DNA of 58,909 bases from an uncultured Clostridia bacterium (GCA_944386605.1 CALXBS010000004.1:1-58909); one strand, 5' to 3'; counted from the stretch's first letter, positions 30,784 to 39,208 are shown. The notes: generated by a model not told the origin, from the sequence alone. Numbers and translations are program-made.

Positions 30784-31623
30784 ATGATCAGAACATATAA
30801 TGGAAATATCAATCGGCAATCTATTTACGATCTTAAAAAAATATGTGCTGCTAATGCACAAGACAAAGAAACACTCAAAGAAGAATGTGAGAAATATGGT
30901 AGTATCATCGTCTGTTCTCATTTAAATCCTTTCACAGGACTTCCAGATAATTTCTCACCTGCACTTACTTTATATACAGAAAAAGATATCGAAGAATATG
31001 TACATGACTACTTCTTAGAAAGACTTGAAGGATATTTAAAAATTCACCCCACACAAAAAGATCCGTTACTAGAAGCTCTGCTTTCATATGTACAAGAACA
31101 TTTTGGTTGTTTCCCAAATAAAGAAGAATTCAAGCAAATGGAAAAGGAAGCAGAAGCAAAACGGCTTTCAAAATCATCACAAAAAACTACAATTCTTCCT
31201 CCACCCATTACTGAACAACTTCTTTTACGAGAAATTTTGGAAATGGCAGAGGAAATCTTTGCGGTATATAGTGACACTATTCCAAAGGCTCGCAAAGAAT
31301 ATGATGACTTTGAATATTTCCCGATTCAGTCTGGTTTAAAAGGTGCTATTTCTCATAAAATTCATTTTCCCAAAAATTCTTTTTTAGATTATACCTGCAT
31401 GGTGAAAATGGTCGGAGAAAAAAAGGAGCCTATTTTTATCACGATCACCTATTATCCTAATGGCAATGCATACTGCTATGCTGAAGATATATTGGATCAG
31501 GAGCTTGATATTCCGTTAACTGCAAAACTCATTACCATTCATCAAACGTTTTTAAATATGCTTCAAGAATATGGAATTTCTCTTAAAAGCGAAATTTCAA
31601 ATTACCAGGATATAACTTCCTAA
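30784..31623 (+). CDS. hypothetical protein
   Basis: 279 aa with a TAGGAGGTG RBS and a strong terminator. No family recognised. Confidence 0.6.
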   Translation: MIRTYNGNINRQSIYDLKKICAANAQDKETLKEECEKYGSIIVCSHLNPFTGLPDNFSPALTLYTEKDIEEYVHDYFLERLEGYLKIHPTQKDPLLEALLSYVQEHFGCFPNKEEFKQMEKEAEAKRLSKSSQKTTILPPPITEQLLLREILEMAEEIFAVYSDTIPKARKEYDDFEYFPIQSGLKGAISHKIHFPKNSFLDYTCMVKMVGEKKEPIFITITYYPNGNAYCYAEDILDQELDIPLTAKLITIHQTFLNMLQEYGISLKSEISNYQDITS

Positions 31624-31629
31624 CAAAGC

Positions 31630-31667
31630 AAAGCTACTGGACACTGATTCTCGTCCAGTAGCTTTTT
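31630..31667. terminator. bidirectional terminator
   Basis: 13-bp stem AAAGCTACTGGAC-N10-GTCCAGTAGCTTT, between convergent genes. Confidence 0.8.
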
Positions 31668-31673
31668 GCACTG

Positions 31674-32045
31674 TTATGCGCATTCAATAAAAATTGGAAG
31701 CTCCTCTACTGCAAATTCTACCGAATAGTTACCGAGCAAATGCGGGCTTTTCCTGCACAACTCACAAAATGCTTTATTAAAGGAACTCTTGTCACTTTCT
31801 GCCATAGCAAAATAAATTGGTACCGACATATGGAACATATGCAAACACAAACCATCTCCGTCTCCTAGCAACAATTGATTTGACCAAACTGTCCAATAGC
31901 CTTTTTCATTCTTAAAGGTAATAAAATGACAAAAGCCATTATCTAGAGTAGCTCTTTCAATGATGAGTGTTCCCTCCATATTGCAGATGGTGTAATATAA
32001 TTTTCTTGCGATCCGTTCCATCTCATTTTCTGTCCTTACTTCCAT
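31674..32045 (-). CDS. hypothetical protein
   Basis: 123-aa soluble protein. No family recognised. Confidence 0.55.
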   Translation of the reverse strand: MEVRTENEMERIARKLYYTICNMEGTLIIERATLDNGFCHFITFKNEKGYWTVWSNQLLLGDGDGLCLHMFHMSVPIYFAMAESDKSSFNKAFCELCRKSPHLLGNYSVEFAVEELPIFIECA

Positions 32046-32221
32046 ATTTCCCTCCTATATTTTATATTATTTTCATAAAATAAAACATTTAACTAATTAG
32101 TTTTAAAAACTAAAAACATATAAAACCTCATATTTAAATTATACATTACTTTACATAAAAAGTCAAATTTACAACAAAAAAAGAAATGCTCTAATAAACC
32201 AATTAGAGCACTTCCAAAAAG

Positions 32222-33109
32222 TCATTTTAAAATTTCTTTTAGACCTTCTTCCATATTAATTTTGGTAGGAATAATATATTTTGCATGAACTTTATGAGAT
32301 ATGAGATTTGTGATTACTTTTAACGCCCTTATCCCATCAAACCATAGTGGATTATCACTTCTTTTCCTTATTTCATCTAAAGAAGTAATAAAAGCATTTT
32401 GGTCATAGACATCACTCATTTTTCTTGTTAACATATATTTTTGATTTTCTTTTTCATATAATGTATTTTTCTCTAAGGAATACTTTGCATGATGATACCA
32501 ATATAAATGATCTGTCCCTGCTAGAATTAAGACATCCGCTTTTTCTTCTATATTCCCTACTAATTTTTCAACTGCTTGATAGACTTCCTCAAAAGTACAA
32601 GTAGGAAAATCCTCTATTAGATCACTAAACTGACTATTAATGTCAACCACACCAAAAGAATAATATTTAGTTTTAAGAACTTTTCCCTGCTTTACAAAAA
32701 GTAACTCAATAGAACCTCCTCCAGTAATTAATATGCAAAGATTTCCATTATAAGGATGATTACTGTAACAACCTAAAGCAGTATATTTTGCTTCCATTTC
32801 CTGTGATACCACTTCTATTTGCAAATGAAATCTTTGATATAACTTTTGATTGATCGTTTTTAACTCCTCTTCTGTCATATCTCTAAAAATACTACATCCA
32901 TATACATGTACGTTTTTCGTATATTGTAAAGCATGATCAATCACCTTGTATAACTGTTCCAAGTCCGTTTGTCTTATCTTTCCTTCTTTTTTATAATTTT
33001 TCTTAAATTCTATTGTTACACTATTTTCATGAATTAGTTTCTCTCCTTCATAAACATGTGTTTTCGTATTTATACTACCAATTTCTATAATTGCAATTCT
33101 TTTCTCCAT
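32222..33109 (-). CDS. Ppx/GppA-family phosphatase-like (ASKHA fold)
   Basis: Motifs IAIIEIGSINTK, VVSQEMEAKYTALG and ILITGGGSIELLF match the Ppx/GppA N-terminal phosphate-binding blocks. Confidence 0.6.
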   Translation of the reverse strand: MEKRIAIIEIGSINTKTHVYEGEKLIHENSVTIEFKKNYKKEGKIRQTDLEQLYKVIDHALQYTKNVHVYGCSIFRDMTEEELKTINQKLYQRFHLQIEVVSQEMEAKYTALGCYSNHPYNGNLCILITGGGSIELLFVKQGKVLKTKYYSFGVVDINSQFSDLIEDFPTCTFEEVYQAVEKLVGNIEEKADVLILAGTDHLYWYHHAKYSLEKNTLYEKENQKYMLTRKMSDVYDQNAFITSLDEIRKRSDNPLWFDGIRALKVITNLISHKVHAKYIIPTKINMEEGLKEILK

Positions 33110-33241
33110 TTTTTTCTCCCTTACAAATTTGTTTACAAGTGCCTAATTCTTCATTTAAAGTTTTCTTTTTTTATGCCTCCTAACTTTTAAAACTTGTATC
33201 TATCAGGATAACCAAATGACATTCTTGTTTTATCATATTTT

Positions 33242-34354
33242 TTAAGATAAATCAATTATTTTTTCCCATTCTAAATCTTTTTTGCCAAAGTGTCCATAAT
33301 TGGTCGTTTTCGAATAAATAGGTCTTTTTAGCTTTAAATATGCAATCATTCCATTAGGAGTTAAATCAAATTTATTCTGAATGAGTGCTATCAGTTCTTG
33401 GTCGGTTTTATTTCCAGTCCCAAAAGTATTTACATAAATAGATAATGGTTCTTGAACACCGATTGCATAAGAAACTTGTATTTCACATTTGATAGCATAT
33501 CCATTTGCAACAATATTTTTTGCAATATGTCTTAACATATAGGCAGCTGATCGATCCACTTTGCTAGGATCTTTTCCAGAAAAAGCCCCACCTCCATGTT
33601 TGCTATATCCACCATATGTATCTACGATCAATTTTCTTCCTGTTAATCCAGTATCTCCTAATGGTCCCCCTATTACAAATCTTCCAGTTGGATTAATATA
33701 TATTTTGGTATTAAAATCAATCATCTTTTGATCCACAGTAGTATCAATTACTTTTTCTTGAATATCTTTTCGAATTTGCTCTAGTGAAATATTTTCTAAA
33801 TGTTGTGCTGAAATTACAATTGCTTCTATTCTTTTCGGATGATCTTGCTCATATTCTACTGTTACTTGTGTTTTTCCATCTGGTCTTAAATATGGAATCT
33901 GTTTATTTTTTCTAACTTCTGTAAGTTTTTGCGCCAACTGATGAGCAACAGAAAGTGCATAAGGCATATACTCTGGAGTCTCTTTGCATGCATATCCAAA
34001 GATAATTCCTTGATCTCCTGCTCCTCCATGATCTACTCCTAATGCAATATCTAAACTTTGTTTTGCAATATCTATGTTGATTTTACAAGTTCGATAATCC
34101 ATATCTAATTTTTCATCATCAAATCCAATCTCTTTTATTTTTTCTCTTACAAGTTGTTCAATAGAAAAATTTGCTTGACTTGTAATTTGCCCTGCAATGG
34201 TAATTGTATTTTTATGAGCAAGCGTTTCAACTGCTACTCTTGCATTTTCGTCTTGTTTTAAACATTCATCTAAAATCATGTCAGAAATGGTATCACATAA
34301 CTTATCTGGGTGCCCTTCTGTTACACTTTCTGACGTAAAATAATATTTTCTCAT
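33242..34354 (-). CDS. metK: S-adenosylmethionine synthetase
   Basis: Motifs TSESVTEGHPDKLCD, GAGDQGIIFGYA and GGGAFSGKDPSKVDRSAAY. Confidence 0.95.
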   Translation of the reverse strand: MRKYYFTSESVTEGHPDKLCDTISDMILDECLKQDENARVAVETLAHKNTITIAGQITSQANFSIEQLVREKIKEIGFDDEKLDMDYRTCKINIDIAKQSLDIALGVDHGGAGDQGIIFGYACKETPEYMPYALSVAHQLAQKLTEVRKNKQIPYLRPDGKTQVTVEYEQDHPKRIEAIVISAQHLENISLEQIRKDIQEKVIDTTVDQKMIDFNTKIYINPTGRFVIGGPLGDTGLTGRKLIVDTYGGYSKHGGGAFSGKDPSKVDRSAAYMLRHIAKNIVANGYAIKCEIQVSYAIGVQEPLSIYVNTFGTGNKTDQELIALIQNKFDLTPNGMIAYLKLKRPIYSKTTNYGHFGKKDLEWEKIIDLS

Positions 34355-34386
34355 TTTTTCACCTACTTATTTATTTTAATATAGCA

Positions 34387-34415
34387 ATTGTATCATATGC
34401 CTTTTTATTTCACAA
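34387..34415 (-). promoter_or_regulatory. putative metK sigma-A promoter
   Basis: Minus strand reads TTGTGA-17 nt-TACAAT, about 35 nt upstream of the ATG. The leader is too short for an S-box riboswitch. Confidence 0.5.
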
Positions 34416-34435
34416 GTTCTCTTATGAAATCACAA

Positions 34436-34467
34436 GAGAAAAGTTCTGGAGAAAAATTCTCCAGAAC
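34436..34467 (-). terminator. terminator after the 189-aa membrane protein gene
   Basis: GTTCTGGAGA-N5-TCTCCAGAAC followed by a U-rich tract on the minus strand. Confidence 0.7.
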
Positions 34468-34470
34468 CCA

Positions 34471-35040
34471 TTATGAAAAGCTTTTTCTTGTATTTAATTT
34501 CTTTAGTGAAATAAAAAGTATTAATAATGAATTTATTATCCCGTAAAGAGACGCAACTATCATCCAAGTAACCACTCCAAATATAGGGATAGAAATAGCA
34601 AAACCTAGTCTCTCTCCTAGTACATATTCTTTCCAAATATTAGGTTGTTGATCTAAAATTTTTAAGTCTTTGGATAACGTTACTTTAGTACTTACAGATG
34701 TTGGGAAAATTTCTAGATCCTGTTTTTTAAGATAACACGTAAACAATATATGATCCTTTTTATCCTCTATTTGATAGCCGACATCTTCTGGTATTGCGCT
34801 AATATCGATTTTATCTTGTTTTATTACATCACTGATTACTTGGTCAAGGTATCCATATGAGTTTTTCGCATAAAGTTCTAACTCTTTTCCGTACCTCGGC
34901 AATAACATAAAAGAATAGATAATGCTACTAAGCATTGTGATCACTCCAAAAGAAATTATAAATGCCAAAGAAATTGTAACCTTTTTACTTTTCTTAACTC
35001 TTTTTAACGCTAAATCACAAAAATACCGTTTTTCTTTCAT
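34471..35040 (-). CDS. hypothetical protein, TM - extracytoplasmic domain - TM
   Basis: 189 aa with hydrophobic helices near both termini. No family recognised. Confidence 0.55.
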   Translation of the reverse strand: MKEKRYFCDLALKRVKKSKKVTISLAFIISFGVITMLSSIIYSFMLLPRYGKELELYAKNSYGYLDQVISDVIKQDKIDISAIPEDVGYQIEDKKDHILFTCYLKKQDLEIFPTSVSTKVTLSKDLKILDQQPNIWKEYVLGERLGFAISIPIFGVVTWMIVASLYGIINSLLILFISLKKLNTRKSFS

Positions 35041-35125
35041 GCTAATCCTCCTTGAAAATAATTATTTTATTCTTTCAAACTAAATTCCCCTCTCTGCGAA
35101 AACAGAGAGGGAATGAAAATTATAT

Positions 35126-35656
35126 TTACCATATATCATCCAAGTATACTCTCATCCATAAAACAGCGCAAGCAATAAAAGAAAGTACTCCCCAAATGCA
35201 ATATAAAACATTGTTAGGATAAATACTAATTCCATCTGGATGTGTAACGGAAACACTTGATTCCTTCTGATCCGTTAATGTCTCACGAAGTTTCATGAGT
35301 ACATTTGTTTTTTCTAAAGCAGTGGCCTCTTCTGGAAGTTCCTCAAGTTCTTCATAAGACTTTTTCATGTTTTGATACCAATAACCTATATCATTTTTCG
35401 GCTGATGTAAAATAATAGATACAACACCTTCTGTTAAACCATGCTCTTCTGCATAAGAAATCGCCTGAGCAAGTTCTTCCTTTGCCAATTCAACCGTTCC
35501 AGCGTTTGCAGCTCTTTTAATATATTGCTCACAGTTTATATTAAATGATACTGCATTTTTAATCCGTAATACCATACATGCACCGCACATAATGGTTGCT
35601 AAAATAGCAAACACCAAAAAAACAACTTTACTGTTAGATTCCGTTCTTTGACTCAT
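35126..35656 (-). CDS. hypothetical protein, TM - helical domain - TM
   Basis: 176 aa with N- and C-terminal TM helices. It has its own extended -10 promoter (TATGTTATAAT) downstream of the radical-SAM operon terminator. Confidence 0.55.
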   Translation of the reverse strand: MSQRTESNSKVVFLVFAILATIMCGACMVLRIKNAVSFNINCEQYIKRAANAGTVELAKEELAQAISYAEEHGLTEGVVSIILHQPKNDIGYWYQNMKKSYEELEELPEEATALEKTNVLMKLRETLTDQKESSVSVTHPDGISIYPNNVLYCIWGVLSFIACAVLWMRVYLDDIW

Positions 35657-35770
35657 ATGAAAACCTCCTATTAAATTATTATAGAATATATGAAAACATG
35701 CAAGTTTATTATAACATAGTTTACTTAAAATTACAATAAAAATTTTATCTTCCCCTATTTTCTACCTAAG

Positions 35771-35811
35771 AAAAAAATACAGATGAGCAATGTAAAATCT
35801 CATCTGTATTT
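35771..35811 (-). terminator. strong rho-independent terminator closing the radical-SAM/JAMM operon
   Basis: 13-bp perfect stem AAATACAGATGAG-N11-CTCATCTGTATTT followed by U7 on the minus strand. It starts 5 nt after the stop codon. Confidence 0.85.
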
Positions 35812-35815
35812 GTGG

Positions 35816-37429
35816 TTATTTAGATAACAAAACTAATTTTGCTTGTGCACAATCTTCCCCTGAAAAGCATACGATTTTTTCCTTCTGCGGATTAAGAATA
35901 ACGGACAAAAAATCTCCATATTGTTGTGTAAAATCTTGGTGATTTTTCGTATCATGAATGCTAAACCGAAACTCTGTCTCTCCTGGGTGACTATGGGCAA
36001 ATCCTAAAAACTTCACCTCTCCCAATGAGTCTTGATAAACAGTGTCTGATTTGGATAAATTTTCATTAATGATTGCTACTTCATCCATTACCTGACTTAC
36101 GCAAAAATCATCCATCGTAGCCATATTATGTGCTCGATTGTATAGAATACTTGGTACAGCATATTTTACCAAAGATACCGTATCAAAACTATGCCCTATT
36201 AAAGCCATTTGTTGTTCATATAGATTGCTTGGATGTCGCTCTCCATAATGAAAGAAACTGTATAAATCTTTCGTTGCTTGTGGCGTAAAGATGACCGTTT
36301 TGCTAGCTTCAAACTTAGCAGGGCTAATCGTATGATGTTGCAATGTTCCATTCTTTTGAATTAACAAAGAAAGAAGCTTTTTAGCAGATACTTCCTGTTC
36401 ATCTTCATGAAGTTTCTTTGTAAAAAAATCCCTGTAACAAAATAATGGGGTATTTGTTTCAAAATCAAATGTATGGAAACTATCTCCCTTACAATTCTCC
36501 CAATAGTTACAATTTTCACATTGCTTAGCTTTCGTTCTATCAGGATCTCTGTAAAATTCAAAACGATTTTTCCAAACTTCACAGAAAGGATCCTTTAAAA
36601 CGTTTCCTTGTATCAATTCTTTTCTTCTTGGAATATTAGGACATCCAAAAATATCCCCATTTGAAAGAATTGAAGCAACACAAATTCCAGTATGACAAGC
36701 AAACTTTTTACCTGTTGGATCTAGCGTATCTTGAGTATTTCCAAAATAATGTGTACAACTCCATACAACAGGAAGCGAGGAAAAGGCATGTTTCTTCATA
36801 AAGTCAAAGAGAAAATAATAATCCTCTTCACTTAACATTAAGGGCTCATTGTCTTTTGCTCTACCAATAGGATCAATTCCACTAATTCTAAATGAATCAA
36901 TTTGCAAAGAACTTAATAGCTGATAAACTTTTTCTAACTCATGAATATTCTTTTTGGTGGCGATAAAAGTAACCTGAATATGTTCAATAAAATTACTTTC
37001 TTTTAACCTTTTAATAGCAGAAATAATTCTATCAAACGAACCAGGAACATGTCTAAATGCTTCATGCGTCTCTTTCATTCCATCAAGGCTAATTGTTATT
37101 GTAGACATGTGTGTTTCTTTCATCTTCCTAATAACATCTTCTGTAATTAACATTCCATTTGTTACCAGTCCCCACTTAAATCCAAGTCTATCTGCATGTC
37201 CTGTAATTTCAAATAGATCCTTTCGTATAAGTGGTTCTCCACCTGTTATATTAAGCATAATCGTTTGGGTTCCAAAATTTTCAGCTACCTCATCCAGTAC
37301 TCTTTTAAAAGTATCTGCAGATAATTCATCCCTTTTATCCGCAGTACATCTGCTACCACAATGATCGCAAAGAGCATTACAGCGACTAGTAACCTCCAAA
37401 AAGAGTGTGTTTAATGGATAATTCCTCAT
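35816..37429 (-). CDS. radical SAM / SPASM-like maturase fused to a C-terminal JAMM (MPN+) metalloprotease domain
   Basis: CX3CX2C motif (CNALCDHC, 37358-37381), GGEPL, and a Cys-rich extension (CX7GX4C, CENCNYWENC). The C-terminus has YEQQMALIGH and HSHPGETEFRFSIHD (35951-35995), a JAMM-type H-x-H...S-x-x-D motif. Start set to ATG 37429, behind an AAGGAGGG RBS. Confidence 0.8.
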   Translation of the reverse strand: MRNYPLNTLFLEVTSRCNALCDHCGSRCTADKRDELSADTFKRVLDEVAENFGTQTIMLNITGGEPLIRKDLFEITGHADRLGFKWGLVTNGMLITEDVIRKMKETHMSTITISLDGMKETHEAFRHVPGSFDRIISAIKRLKESNFIEHIQVTFIATKKNIHELEKVYQLLSSLQIDSFRISGIDPIGRAKDNEPLMLSEEDYYFLFDFMKKHAFSSLPVVWSCTHYFGNTQDTLDPTGKKFACHTGICVASILSNGDIFGCPNIPRRKELIQGNVLKDPFCEVWKNRFEFYRDPDRTKAKQCENCNYWENCKGDSFHTFDFETNTPLFCYRDFFTKKLHEDEQEVSAKKLLSLLIQKNGTLQHHTISPAKFEASKTVIFTPQATKDLYSFFHYGERHPSNLYEQQMALIGHSFDTVSLVKYAVPSILYNRAHNMATMDDFCVSQVMDEVAIINENLSKSDTVYQDSLGEVKFLGFAHSHPGETEFRFSIHDTKNHQDFTQQYGDFLSVILNPQKEKIVCFSGEDCAQAKLVLLSK

Positions 37430-37444
37430 ATACCCTCCTTTCAA

Positions 37445-37885
37445 TTACTTAGATTCTTCTACCGTCCCTGTTGCCACTATGCTATCTTTTTCAGAATACC
37501 GTTCCGCTTCATTGATTGCCTCTTCAACACTACGAGCCATTGGACACCCATAAAGACATCTTCCTCCACCTAAAGAAGATCTATTACGTACCACAGGTCT
37601 AGGTTCTGGCTTTCCATCTTGAATCACGATACGACTTTTTTCTTGAATACCTAATTCTTTTAAAGATCGACATTTATCTGTACAAATCTCTGTAAGATTT
37701 GTTTTTGTATCATCTTCTAAGAATACCTTGGTTGTAGAGTATGACTCCCGATAAGAAGAGATATAACCTAAATCTCTCAAATAGGCTTTTAACACCACCT
37801 CATTCATATCTGCAGGAATTGTTACCTGACTATATTCCTTCCGATTACGTGTTACATACAAATGCATAAGTTCTCTTGCTGACAT
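37445..37885 (-). CDS. putative substrate/precursor: ubiquitin-like N-terminal domain, SLGGG motif, di-Cys segment and acidic tail
   Basis: 146 aa with a GGAGA RBS. Contains ...RSLKELGIQEKSRIVIQ, then DGKPEPRPVVRNRSSLGGG, then RCLYGCPMARSVEEAINEAERYSEKDSIVATGTVEESK. The stop lies 15 nt before the maturase ATG. Confidence 0.7.
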   Translation of the reverse strand: MSARELMHLYVTRNRKEYSQVTIPADMNEVVLKAYLRDLGYISSYRESYSTTKVFLEDDTKTNLTEICTDKCRSLKELGIQEKSRIVIQDGKPEPRPVVRNRSSLGGGRCLYGCPMARSVEEAINEAERYSEKDSIVATGTVEESK

Positions 37886-38014
37886 TTTCCTAAATCTCCT
37901 TTCATGGTATATTCATCTGTTTGTTACTAAAAACCCCCTCCTTTTCATAAACTTTTACCAAATGAAGTATTAACTTACATTAAAAATTTTGCTATAAGCA
38001 AATTTTATGCAAAC

Positions 38015-38043
38015 ATTCTATCATCTTTTTTACATAAAGTCAA
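38015..38043 (-). promoter_or_regulatory. putative sigma-A promoter of the precursor/maturase operon
   Basis: Minus strand reads TTGACT-17 nt-TAGAAT with a TG extended -10 (aTGaTAGAAT), about 120 nt upstream of ATG 37885. Confidence 0.45.
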
Positions 38044-38193
38044 ACGAAATATTTAAAGAAACAAATCAGTTTTAATTGCTACTATATTTTCACCAAACAC
38101 TGCATAATCCTTGCTTTTTCATGTTGTGTATGCTAAACTATTGTTGTCAAAATCATTTTTTAACATTTTAATAAAGGTTAAGGAGGAAAAAGT

Positions 38194-38898
38194 ATGATTA
38201 TTATTAACAATGGACCAGTTTCAAGAAGAAATATAATAAGTATCTCACATGGTACAAACGTCGAAGAAACTGGTAAATTTGAAGAATTTAACCAAAAGAA
38301 AGTAAAAGATTCTAGCGATATTGATAAGATAACAATCGATTCAAAATTTGTCGATGTTCATGTTTTAGCTTCCAATTCATCCAAGATCCAAGCACACTTC
38401 TATGGTGAGGCAAATATTGATGGAGATGTCATCTTTGATGTTCAAGTGGTAAATCGTGAACTTAGAATTACGTTAAAGTTTACTGGCATCTGTGTTAGTG
38501 GAAATTTAAACCTCGATGTTACTGTACCCCACAAGATGTTTGAAATGATTTCTTTGAAGAGTTCATCAGCAGACTTCACCTTAAATGAGGGGGTTCAAAC
38601 TGACTATCTTAAAATAGAAACAAAGTCTGGTGATTTGGAAACTCATGCAACCGTAAACAATGTTTCCATTTCCACAATGAGCGGAGATATCGATCTTTAC
38701 ATCAATGCAGAACAAAATGTTAGCGTTGAAGTTTCTACAATGAGCGGTGACGTATCAGTAGAATTTAGCAATATTAGACATGTCAACCTTTCTGCAAGTT
38801 CTATGAGTGGTAAAGTTAAGAATCGTCACAACGGTAACAGAGGTTTTACCGCTAACGTAAATATTTCTACAATGGGTGGAGATATAAAAATTAGATAA
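38194..38898 (+). CDS. DUF4097-type beta-strand repeat protein (LiaG-like putative adhesin fold)
   Basis: Repeated (I/V)STMSGD(I/V) strands at the C-terminus, and an AAGGAGG RBS. Divergent from the radical-SAM operon. Confidence 0.7.
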   Translation: MIIINNGPVSRRNIISISHGTNVEETGKFEEFNQKKVKDSSDIDKITIDSKFVDVHVLASNSSKIQAHFYGEANIDGDVIFDVQVVNRELRITLKFTGICVSGNLNLDVTVPHKMFEMISLKSSSADFTLNEGVQTDYLKIETKSGDLETHATVNNVSISTMSGDIDLYINAEQNVSVEVSTMSGDVSVEFSNIRHVNLSASSMSGKVKNRHNGNRGFTANVNISTMGGDIKIR

Positions 38899-38916
38899 TT
38901 TATGTTCCATAATTTT

Positions 38917-38953
38917 ACAAGCTGTGTTATTAATAATAGCGCAGCTTGTTTTT
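38917..38953 (+). terminator. rho-independent terminator
   Basis: ACAAGCTG-N17-CAGCTTGT followed by TTTTT. Confidence 0.7.
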
Positions 38954-39208
38954 AATGAATAAACGTAAAAAAAGTACTAAAATAACAGTACTTCTTCACA
39001 AACAAATTTAATATTAGTGCCAATAGTATAGTTATCTACAACTTTCTGGCTCTCTTAACGATTGATATAAAAATCAATTCATTTACTAAAGTATATCATA
39101 TTTTGATAAATTACAAAGAATCACAAAAAATTAGTTTAAAATAGCAAAAAAGGAGACAAAGTCCTCTTCATTGCGTGCTATCCACTTTTTATTCTTTTCA
39201 GCTACAAA

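Noticed and set aside
34355-34470. SAM (S-box) riboswitch upstream of metK
   Set aside because: The intergenic region holds the upstream gene's terminator and a promoter only about 35 nt from the ATG. There is no room for the S-box four-way junction and no such motifs.
34430-34636. 68-aa minus-strand ORF overlapping the 3' end of 34471..35040
   Set aside because: It is a different frame of the same region and runs through the terminator hairpin. It has no RBS.
37544-37558. Sulfatase-type formylglycine motif (C-x-P/A-x-R) in the precursor, which would make the rSAM an anSME
   Set aside because: The sequence is C-P-M-A-R, with Pro at +1 and Met at +2. That is out of register with C-x-(P/A)-x-R. 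There is also no sulfatase domain.
37983-38007. Inverted repeat AAATTTTGCT-ata-AGCAAATTTT as an operator in the rSAM operon leader
   Set aside because: Only 6 bp (TTTGCT/AGCAAA) pair perfectly. In AT-rich DNA that is too weak to call.
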